NCBI GenBank assembly: GCA_951406725.2
Contig: OX597826.1
Span: 53,072,001-53,136,000 of the forward strand
Source: Octopus vulgaris
Taxonomy: Eukaryota
Reading direction: 5' to 3'
DNA: 64,000 nt
Below the pieces are notes generated by a model, which was not told the DNA's origin, did no database searches, and was given only the letters and a program-made list of their open reading frames with translations. Within the stretch, counting starts at the first letter, position 1; each line of letters opens with the position of its first letter. The position numbers and the translations under genes were made by a program. Shown here piece after piece: positions 38,827 through 49,999 of this stretch.

Positions 38827-41800
38827 TGATGAAAATTTTCATCAAAAGTTTTGAAAGTTTCCATAAAAACTTCTGAAGATTTTTCTCAAAATTTTCATCA
38901 AAATTTTTGAAAACCTTTTAAAAAATTTTTATCAGAATTTCTGAAAACTTTTCTGAAACTTTTCATCAAAACTTCTGAAAATCTTTCAGTAAACTTTCAG
39001 AACAATTTTGGATGGATTTTTGAAAATTTTCATCAAATTTTACTGAAAAATTTTGATCAAAATTTTGGAAAGTTTTTTGAAAGTTTTGATCAAAATTTTT
39101 CAAAAATTTTTTGAAAATTTTCATCAAAATTTTCATCAAAATTTCTGAAAACTTTTCAGAAAACTTTCATAAAAATTTTAGAAAGTTTTTTGAAAATTTT
39201 CATGAAAACTATAGAAAAGTTTTTTGAAAATTTTCCTCAGAAATTTTGAAAAGTTTTTAGAATGTTTTCATCAACATTTTGAAAGCTTTCATCAAAATTT
39301 TTTGAAAATTTTCCTCAGAAATTTTGAAAACTTTTTTCAAAATTTTCGTCAGTTTTTTGAAAATTTTGATTAAAATTTCTGAAAATTTATCCGAAAATTT
39401 TAATCAAACTTTTGGAAACTTTTTTGAAAATTTTCATCAAAATTTTTGAAAAGCTTATTGAAAATTTTCATCAAAATTTTTGAAAAGTTTTCTGAATATT
39501 TTCATCAAAATATTTGAAATTCTCTTGAAAATTTTCATCAAAATTTTTTAAAGTTTTTTGAGATTATCATCAAAATACCTGAAAAACATTTTTTTTAATT
39601 TTCTGAAAATTTATCTGGAAATTTTCATCAAAATTTCTAAAAACATTTCAGAAAACTTTCAGAAAAAATTTGCAAAGATTTTTTAAAATTTTCATCAAAA
39701 TTTTTGAAAAGTTTTTTTGAAGAGTTTCATCAAAATTTTACGGAGATTTTTTTTAAATTTTCATCAAAATTACTGAAAATTTTCCTGAAAATTTTCATAA
39801 AAATTTTATAAAAGTTTTTTGAAAATTTTCACCAAAATATTTCCGAAAATTTTCACCGAAAACGATGTCGACATTTATAGACTTCAGCATATTCGTTATA
39901 TAGTTTTTCGAAAATTTTAACCAAAAATTTCGAAAATTTATTGGGGAAAATTTTCGAATAAATTTTGGGTAAAATTTTCGGTGAAAATTTTCGAAAAACC
40001 ATATAACGAATATGCTCCATATGCTGAAGTCTATAAACGTCGACATCGTTTTCCGTAAAAATTTTCTGAAAATAGATTTATGTTATTGCTAAAAATACAT
40101 TAACAACTCTGACGATGTCCACGTTTATAGACTTCAGCATATGGAGCATATTCGTTATATGGTTTTTTCAAAAATTTTCAAAGAAAATTTTACCCAATAA
40201 TTTGTCGAAAATTTTCACCAAAAATTTTCCGAAAATTTTACCAAAGAATGGCTTCCCGTACTTTGTGATTTTGGCACCGCTGACCTTCCATACTTTGTGA
40301 TTTTGGCACCGCTGGCCTTCAATAATTAGTGATTTTGGCACCAATGGCCTTCCATACTTTGTGATTTGGGCACCGCTGGCCTTCCATACTTTGCGATTTG
40401 GGCATTTTCAGCGAAAATTTTACCCAAAAGTTTTCCGATTATTTTTACTGAAATTTTACCCAAAAATTTTTCGAAACTTTACATTTAAAAATTTTTCCCC
40501 AAAATTTTCCTAATATTTTCATCGAGAACGATGTCAACGTTTATAGACTACAGCATATGGAGCATATTCGTTATATAGTTTTTAGAAAATTTTCACCAAA
40601 AATTTTGCCGAAAAATTTTTCTAAAATTTTACCGAAAATTTTCCCCAAAAATTTATCCAAAATTTTACCTAAAATTCTTACGAAAATTTTCACTGAAAAT
40701 TTTATCCAAAAATTTTTCGAAAATTTTCACCGAAAAATTTACCGAAAAATTTTTCAAAAATTTTCGAGAAAAATTTTCCCAAAATTTAGACGGAAATTTT
40801 CTCCAAATTCTTGCGAACATTTTAACCTATATCGATGTCGACGTTTATAGACTACAGCATATGGAGCATATCCTTATATGGTTTTTCGAAATTTATCACC
40901 AAAAATTTTGCGAAAATTTTACCCAATAATGGCTTTCCATTCATTGGGATTTTGGAAACGTTGGCCTCCCATACTTTGTGATTTATGACCAAAATTTTCG
41001 AAAGACATTTGCCAAAAATTTTCGGCAAAAAATTTTCGAAAGAATTTTGCCGAAAATTTTTGAAAATTTTTTTGAAATTTTCACCAAAAATTTTAGCTAA
41101 AAATTTTTTGAAAATTTTAACCAAATATTTTTCGAAAATTTTAACCAAAAATTTTTTAAATTTTCATCGAAAATTTTACCCAAAAATTTATGGAAAATTT
41201 TCAATTGAAATTTTCCGAAAATTTACACGAAAATTTTCTCCAATTTTTTCCGAACATTTTATCCGAAAACGATGTCGACGTTTATAGACTACAGCATATA
41301 AAACATTACCTTATATGGTTTTTCGAAATTTATCACCAAATCTTTTACCCAAAAAATTTTCCTAAAAATTGTTGGAATATTTTCACCGAAAATTTTACCC
41401 AATAATTTCTGGAAAATTTTCACCAAAAATTTTGCGAAAATTTTACCCAATAATGGCTTTCCATTCATTGGAATTTTGGAACTGTTGGCCTCCCATACTA
41501 TGTGATTTTGGCACCGTTGGCCTTCCATAATTTGTGATTTTGGTGCCGCTGCCCTTCAATACATTGTGATTTTGGCACCTTTAGCCTTCCATACTTTGTG
41601 ATTTTGGCACCGCTGGCCTTCCATACTTTGTGATTTTGGCAACGCTAGCCTTCCATAGTTATTTTGGAAAATTTTAACCAAAAAGTTTGCGAAAATTTTA
41701 CCCAATAATGGCTTTCCATTCATTGGGATTTTGGAACCGTTGGCCTCCCATACTTTGTGATTTTGGCACCGTTGGCCTTCCATACATTGTGATTTTGGTG

Positions 41801-44800
41801 CCGCTGCCCTTCCATACTTTGTGATTTTGGCACCGTTGGCCTTCCATACTTTGTGATTTTGGCACCGCTGGCCTTCCATACTTTTTGATTTTGGCAACGC
41901 TGGCCTTCCATAGTTTTTTGGGAAAATTTTCACCAAAAAGTTTGCGAAAATTTTACCCAATAATGGCTTTCCATTCATTGGGATTTTGGAACCATTGTCC
42001 TCCCATACTTTGTGATTTTGGCACCGTTGGCCTTCCATACTTTGTGATTTTGACACCGCTGGCCTTCCATAATTTTTTGGGTAAATTTTCAGCAAAAATT
42101 ATCGAAGGAATTTTGCCAAAATTTTCCCCAAATACTTTTTCACGAAAAATTTTACCTAAAACTTTTTCGAAAATGTAAACTGAAAATTTGAACCAAATAT
42201 TTTTCAAAAATTTTCACCGAAAGTTTTACCCTAAAATTTTTCCAAAATTTTCACGAAAAGTCTTTCGAAAATTTAGACGAAAATTTTCTCGAAATTTTTC
42301 CGAAAACGATGTCGACGTTTATAGACTACAGCATATGGAGCATATTCGTTATATAGTTTTTAGAAAATTTTAACCATAAATTTTGCCGAAAAATTTATCA
42401 AAATTTTACCGAAAATTTTCCCCAAAAATTTATCCAAAATTTTACCTAAAATTTTTCACAGAAAATTTTACCGAAACATTTTTCGAAAATTTTCTCCAAT
42501 TTTTTCCGAACATTTTATCCGAAAACGATGTCGACAGTTATAGACTACAGCATATGAAGCATTTCCAAATATGGTTTTTCGAAATTTATCATCAACTCTT
42601 TTACCCAAAAATTTTCCTAAAAATTTTTGAAATATTTTCACCGAAAATTTTACCCAATAATTTCTCGAAAATTTTCACCAAAAATTTTGCGAAAATTTTA
42701 CCCAATAATGGCTTTCCATTCATTGGGATTTTGGAACCGTTGGCTTCCCATACTTTGTGATTTTGGCACTGTTGGCCTTCCATACATTGTGATTTTAGTG
42801 CCGCTGCTCTTCCATACATTGTGATTTTGGCACCGTTGGCCTTCCATGCTTTGTGATTTTGGCACCGCTGGCCTTCCATACTTTGTGCTTTTGGCAACGC
42901 TGGCCTTCCATAGTTTTTGGGAAAATTTTCACCAAAAAGTTTGCGAAAATTTTCCCAATAATGGCTTTCCATTCATTGGGATTTTGGAACCATTGTCCTC
43001 CCATACTTTGTGATTTTGGCACCGTTGGCCTTCCATACTTTGTGATTTTGGCACCGCTGGCCTTCCATACTTTGTGATTTTGGCACCGCTGGCGTTCCAT
43101 AGTTTTTTGGGTAAATTTTCGGCAAAAATTATCGAAAGTATTTTGCCAAAAATTTCCCCAAAAACTTTTTTTAAATTTTCACGAAAAATTTTACCTAAAA
43201 TTTTTTCGAAATTTTAAACTGAAAATTTGAACCAAATATTTTTCAAAAATTTTCACCGAAAGTTTTACCCTAAAATTTTTCCAAAATTTTCACGAAAAGT
43301 TTTTCGAAAATTTACACGAAAATTTTATAGAAATTTTTCCGAAAACGATGTCGACGTTTATAGACTACAGCATATGGAGCATATTCGTTATATAATTTTA
43401 AGAAAATTTTCACCATAAATTTTGCCGAAAAATTTATCTAAAATTTTACCGAAAGTTTTCCCCAATAATTTATCCAAAATTTTACCTAAAATTTTACCCA
43501 AAATTCTTTCGAAAATTTTCAAGAAAAATTTTACCCCAAAATTTTTTAAAATTTTCACAGAAAATTTTACCCAAAAATTTTTCGAAAATTTTCAATAAAA
43601 ATTATGCGAAAATTTAGACGAAAATTTTCTCCAATTTTTTCACCAAAAAGTTTGCGAAAATTTTACCCAATTCATTGGGATTTTGGAACCATTGTCCTCC
43701 CATACTTTGTGATTTTGGCACCGTTGGCCTTCCATACTTTGTGATTTTGACACCGCTGGCCTTCCATACTTTGTGATTTTGGCACCGCTGGCCTTCCATA
43801 ATTTTTTGGGTAAATTTTCGGCAAAAATTATCGAAAGAATTTTGCCAAAATTTTCCCCAAAAACTTTTTGTAAATTTTCACGAAAAATTTTACCTAAAAT
43901 TTTTTGGAAAATGTAAACTGAAAATTTGAACCAAATATTTTTTTTAAATTTTCACCGAAAGTTTTACCCTAAAATTTTTCCAAAATTTTCACGAAAAGTC
44001 TTTCGAAAATTTAGACGAAAATTTTCTCGAAATTTTTCCGAAAACGATGTCGACGTTTATAGACTACAGCATATGGAGCATATTCGTTATATAGTTTTTA
44101 GAAAATTTTCACCATAAATTTTGCCGAAAAATTTATCGAAAATTTTACCGAAAATTTTCCCCAAAAATTTATACAAAATTTTACCTAAAATTTTACCCAA
44201 AATTCTTTCGAAAATTTTCAAGAAAAATTTTACCCCAAAATTTTTTTTAATTTTCACAGAAAATTTTACCCAAAAATTTTTCGAAAATTTTCAATAAAAA
44301 TTATGCGAAAATTTAGACGAAAATATTCTCCAATTTTTTCCGAAAATTTTATCCGAAAACGATGTCGACGTTTATAGACTACAGTATATGAAGCATTTCC
44401 TTATATGGTTTTTCGAAATTTATCATCAAATCTTTTTGCGAAAATTTTACCCAATAATGGCTTTCCATTCATTGGGATTTTGGAACCGTTGACCTCCCAT
44501 ACTTTGTGATTTTGGCACCGTTGGCCTTCCATACATTGTGATTTTGGTGCGGCTGCCCTTTCATACATTGTGATTTTGGCACCGTTGGCCTTCCATACTT
44601 TGTGATTTTGGCACCGCTGGCCTTCCTTACTTTGTGATTTTGGCAACGCTGGCCTTCCATAGATTTTTGGGAAAATTTTCGGCAAAAATTTTCGAAAGAA
44701 TTTTGCCGAAAATTTTTGAAAATTTTTTGGAAATTTTCACCAAAAATTTTAGCTAAAAATTTTTCGAAATTTTAACTGAAAATTTTAACCAAATATTTTT

Positions 44801-46220
44801 CGGAAATTTTCACCCAAAATTTTACCTAAAATTTTTCGAAAATTTTCACGAAAAATTTTCCGAAAATTTAGACGAAAATCGTCTCGAAATTTTTCCGAAA
44901 ACGATGTCGACGTTTATAGACTACAGCATATGGAGCATATTCGTTATATATATAGTCTTTAGAAAATTTTCACCATAAATTTTGCCTAAAAATTTTTCGA
45001 AAATTTTCACCGAAAACTTTGTCGACGTTTATAGACTTCAGCATATGGAGCATATTTGTTATATGGGTTTTCGAAAATTTTCACCGAAAATTTTATCCAA
45101 AAATTTATCGAAAATATTCACCGAAAATTTTACCCAAATTTCTTCAAAAATTTTCACCAAAAATTTTCCGAAAATTTTACCCAAATATTTTTCGAAAAAT
45201 TTCCCGAAAATGTTCACCGAAAGTTTTACCCAAAAATTTTTTGAAAATTTTGGCCGAAAATTTTCCCCAAAAATTTTTCCAAAATTTCCACCGAAAATTT
45301 TACACCGAAAAAGAGAGATGGAGAGGGAGAGAGGCAGAGAGGGTGTGAGAGAAAGAGTTGGGAATAGACTTATGATCAGACTTGAGGTAAAAGGAGAGAA
45401 AGTTGTTGGACCTAAGATAGAAATCGACCAATCAACCAAAAAGCCGACCCACCGACCAACCAACCAACCAGCCAACCAACAAGCCGACCCACAAACGAAC
45501 CAAAATTTTGATGAAAATTTTCTGAAAAGTTTCCAGAAAATTTGATGAAAATTTTCAAAAACTTTCCAAAATTTTGATGAAAATTACCAGATATTTTTGG
45601 AAAAAATTTTTGGAGGAAATTTTCGAAAATTTTCAAAAAATTTTAGGAAAGATTTTCAAAAAATTTTTGAGGAAAATTTTCAGAAACTTTTGGGGAAAAT
45701 TTTCAAAAAATTTTTGAAAAAATTTTCGCAAATTGTTAGGAAAGATTTTCAAAAATTTTTTGAGAAAATTTTCGAAAATTTTGGGGGAAAAATTTCAAAA
45801 ATTTTCAAAAACCTTTGGAAAAAATTTTCGCAAATTGTTAGGAAAGATTTTCAAAAATTTTTTGAGAAAATTTTCGAAAATTTTGAGGGAAAAGTTTCAA
45901 AATTTTCGAGGAAAATTTTCAAAACTTTTTGAGGAAAGTTTTCAAAAAATTTCTCAAAAATTTTTGATGAGAATTTTCAAAAATTTTTGAGAAAAATTTC
46001 AAAAATTTTTGAGGAAAATTTTCAGAAATTTTCAAAAATTTTTGGGAAAATTTTCAAAAATTTTTGAGGAAAATTTAAAAAAAACTTTTCAAAAATTTTT
46101 GAGAAAAATTTTCAAAAATTTGAAAATTTTTGAAAAAATTTTGGGGGAAAATATTCAAAAATTTTTCAAAAATTTGTGAGGAAAATTTTCAAAAAATTTT
46201 CCAAAATTTTTTAGAAAAAT
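38827..46220. repeat. Hierarchical AT-rich satellite with higher-order structure and inverted outer arms
   Basis: AAAATTTT tracts every ~11-12 bp; ~13 copies of GAAAACGATGTCGACGTTTATAGACTACAGCATATGGAGCATATTCGTTATA; about 40 copies of the 32-mer GATTTTGGCACCGYTGGCCTTCCATACTTTGT in ~9 short arrays; 45500-46220 is opposite in polarity to 38827-39840. Confidence 0.92.
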
Positions 46221-46807
46221 TAGGGACACATCAAACCAACGGTTGTTCTGTGTTTTCAGCATCTCATTCTGGCAGAAAATTTTCATGTCTGAAAGAAACC
46301 AATGCATGTACGGTTGGAGGGGATGCTTGAGTTTGTTCTAAAGTTTCATAGCGCGGTCTTTCCTCTTGTCCTTGGTGGCTTGGGATAAAAATTGACCCTT
46401 TCACATCTTGTATGAGGAATACCGAATGTCTTCATGCACTACCTGCCTGATAAGAAACTCAGACACTCCCATGTCTCAGGCGATGGACCTGAATGAGTTT
46501 TCCGGGCTGCCGTACCTTCGTAATCCCCATTAGACTCATCCAACCCTTTCTGAATCCTCTGCACTGTCCTCAGATTGACACTCAAACACTCTGAAATGTT
46601 CGTATTGGAGCTTCCGGTTCGAATGCCAAGCAGTACATATCGTTCCCAAATTTCTGGTAGAGTAAAATCCATCATGATACTATTTTTCTCACAGACGGTG
46701 CCCAACTGACCTTACTGTACTGTGTGATCGACAAAGTCAAAACCAAACGCTCATGCGCGAAATTAAAAAATATAAAATTACGACAATTTACCCATCGCAC
46801 CCTTTAT
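46221..46807 (-). mobile_element. 5' half of a maT/DD37D-like Tc1-mariner element, cut off by the satellite
   Basis: TIR-like AGGGTGCGATGGGTAAATTGTCG; NISECLSVNLRTVQRI (HTH), DMGVSEFLIRQVVHEDIRYSSYKM, WFLSDMKIFCQNEMLKTQNNRWFDVS. Confidence 0.8.
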
Positions 46808-46893
46808 GTATTGTCATATATTATATAAAATGTGTTAATTACAAAAATTAATATTTGAATGGTTATTGATTCATGTATGGATATATATATATA

Positions 46894-48875
46894 TTGAGGC
46901 CCAAATATTCTCTAATTTCACTGGTCCCACTCCTGAACTATACGGTCGTTACATTGACGACATTATCGGTGCCACCTCACTCCCCCGCGAACATCTAGAT
47001 TCCTTCCTCTCTTTCGTTCAATCCTTCCATCCAGCCCTCCACTTCACCTCCACTATCTCCAACACCTCTGTCTCCTTCCTCGACATTTCGGTCAGCATCC
47101 ATCACTCCACTCTTACCACCTCCATTCACTACAAACACACAGACTCACACTCATACCTAAACTTCTCTTCCTCCCACCCAGAACACACCAAGCTTTCCAT
47201 CCCCTATTCCCAATTCCTCCGCCTACGTAGGCTCTGTAGTGACGACCATGACTTTGAGACTCAGTCTCAACGCATGGCTCACCACTTCATCCTACGTGGA
47301 TACCCCCTCACCACTATCCACACCGCCCTTCCCAAAGCACGTTCCGTAGACCGTGCATCTGCTCTCTCCCCCCGAACCCGCCCTGTAGTCTCCCGCCTCC
47401 CTTTTCCCCTCACTTACCACCCCACGACCCTACCTCTTCCAGCATCTCCAGTCCAACCCGTCCACCTCACACCTCTTCCCTAACCGACCCCTCCCCTCCT
47501 TCAAACGAGCCCATAACCTACGAGACCTTTTGGTCCACAGCTCCTTCCCTGACCCTAACTCCCAACCTGGCTCGTTCCCCTGCTCCCGCCCACGTTGCCG
47601 CACTTGCTCTTACCTCTCCAACACCACCCTCCTCACTGGCACCCATCATCGACCCTATCGCATCATCAACTCCTTCACCTGCACCTCCAGCAATATTATC
47701 TATTGCATCTCTTGCTCTCTCTGCCATTCCCTGTACATCGGACAAACGGGACGCCGCTTGACTGACCGGTTCGCGGAACACCTCCGTGACATCCGCCTTG
47801 GCAACGACACACCGGTCTCACGCCATTTCCGCTCCACCGGTCACTCCTTGCAACACCTGTCTGTGTTCGGTTTATCCTTGCACAGAGGCCATCCGGATTC
47901 CCGTTTGCGCCGTGAACAGGAATTAATCTTCTCTCTTCGCTCTTTTACGCCATTTGGTCTCAACTCTCCCCCCTCCTCATCGAACCCCCCTCTCTTCCCC
48001 CTCCTCACCTAACCTCCCCCGACCCCTACTTCTCTTCAGTCCTTTCACCCCTACTCTCTTTCCTCCTCTTCCCTTCTTCCCTCTTTCTTCTTCCCTCTTC
48101 CCCTTCCCTCTTTCTCTCTGCTCCCTCACTCCCCCTCACTCCCCTTCTCTCTCTCCCCCTCCCTCTATCCTCCCTCCTCTTCCCTCCTCTTCTTCCTTCT
48201 CCCCCTTCCTCCTCCTCACTCCTCCCCTCCTCCCTCCTCTTCTCCTCTTTCCTTCTCCCCCCTCACCCCCTCATATCATCTCCCCCTCCACCTTCCACCC
48301 TCATCTCATCTCATCTCACCTCATATCATCTCCCCTCCACCCTCCACCCTCATCTCATCTCACCCTCACCCACTCCTTCTTTCCTTCTCCCCTCCTCTCT
48401 CTCTCCTCTCTCTCCCCCTTACACCCCCTCCTCCCCCTCTCCCCATCATCTCCTCTCTCTACATTACACCATACGACATTACACATCACATCATACATAC
48501 ATACATACACACGTCCAGACCTCTCATACGCACTACATACTCTCTCATACACACACACACCCTCACGTTGGGGCGAGGTCATTTGACCCTGTTATCTCCC
48601 CTATTTTCGCTCTTCCGTCTCACGTTTGATCTTTGATTTCTGGCCGGAATCATATCGCCATGTTGGATCGCTAGCTTCTGCACGCATTTTTTTCTCTCCT
48701 TGTTTCTCTCCGTGTTTCTTTTCTGTGTATCTTTCTGTGTATCTTTCTGTTGAAGAGCGTAGGCTCGAAACGTTAAAGACTTGTTTAATTTATATTCCTG
48801 AGCGCCATATTAATACAATTGTTTGTTTGTATTCCACCTGCCTTCGTCTTTTGTTTATTTTCATAAAGCTTCTCG

Positions 48876-48878
<3 letters not shown>
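46894..48878 (+). mobile_element. 5'-truncated Penelope-like retroelement (Neptune-like): RT C-terminus, Cys linker, GIY-YIG endonuclease, pyrimidine tract, tail
   Basis: YGRYIDDIIG, VSFLDISV, YSQFLRLRRLCS, PCSRPRCRTC, NIIYCISCSLCHSLYIGQTGRRLTDRFAEH, REQELIFSL..FTPFGLN; frameshift near 47440-47500; (TA)n on both sides. Confidence 0.93.
48742..48779 (+). ncRNA. Hammerhead-like motif in the PLE tail (A6U core change, possibly inactive)
   Basis: tcttt-CTGTTGA-A-GAGC gtag GCTC-GAAACGTT-aaaga: 5-bp stem I, 4-bp stem II, palindromic ACGT stem III. Confidence 0.6.
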
Positions 48879-48966
<88 letters not shown>

Positions 48967-49149
48967 TGTATGTATGTATGTATATAAGTTTAGTAATACA
49001 TGCGCTAATGCATGGCCGTGAAAATTTCTATTAGTATTCGGTCGAATGCGTGTGTGATGTGTTATGACTGGCTGATTAACTGGACATACCAAGTAATCAG
49101 TTTAGGCGTATCCTTATAAACAATCATTGAAGTGCCGAGTCAGTTGATA

Positions 49150-49360
49150 TTTTAGAAATGATGGAAATTTCGCACGCAGGAGACTAGCTGTGAAAACAGT
49201 TTAAAAATCGGATAAAATTGCCTTATATACGGAAGAAAGTGACCAACAAGCTGCTATAGAAAATCCAGGGTTCGCTTCTCTGTAGCAGCTATTTTACACA
49301 GTCCTCTAGGCAGTTTTCACAGCTACCCTCCTACGTTCGAGATTTCTTTCATTTCTAAAA
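49150..49360. repeat. ~210-bp imperfect palindrome (old foldback MITE?)
   Basis: ttttagaaatgatggaaatttcgcacgcaggagactagctgtgaaaac pairs with gttttcacagctaccctcctacgttcgagatttctttcatttctaaaa; inner agctgcta/tagcagct stem. Confidence 0.75.
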
Positions 49361-49999
49361 CAATCCCTGTAGGCTATTGTAGTTGTTGTATTGCCATGTT
49401 GATAGCAGTGGAGAAAGTTTGGAAGTGGTGGCTGTTGCGAAGTATAGCCTTGTCTTGAAAGTGGTTTGCTGAAACAAGGCTAATTCGACCCAGGGCCAAA
49501 AAAAAATCTTCTGTCTTGTGTAAGTTGGTTGGAAGTGGGACACGAATTGTTGGAATGAACTTTCTATCTCTGCTTATGTTGAAGTGTTAAGTAGACGATT
49601 TAATGAGACAGAAGTCGGAAGAGTCTAACAACTTTTTGCACCGGGGTCAGAAAACCTGACCCGAGAGTTGATGCAATGAGGAGTTAATAACAAAACTGAG
49701 CAATAAGAAGGGGGAAAACTAGATAAAATCCATTATAAATGAATCGAAAGTTTAGCGGATCGAATCTCGGTAAGGTTTCCCCTCAGGCGGTGATTGAAGA
49801 ATATATTGATATCATTTAATCGACCCGGAAAAGATTAAAAATAATTGTCGACTTCTGTGAGATTTGAATTCAAAGTGTGAAGGGTTAACTAAAAAAAAAA
49901 ACCGTTAATTTATTCACGCTCTAACGATTCTGGCGATAAACCGCTAACGCATCGTCTATTTCTTTCAGTATCTAATAACAATATCTAATAACTGTCTCA

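Noticed and set aside
40250-44662. 32-bp repeats as a CRISPR array
   Set aside because: Units are head to tail with no unique spacers, there are no cas genes, and the context is eukaryotic.
39795-46330. K/F/N/I-rich and MEGQRCQNHKVW ORFs in the satellite
   Set aside because: Translations of tandem repeats, open in several frames and on both strands, with no domain signal.
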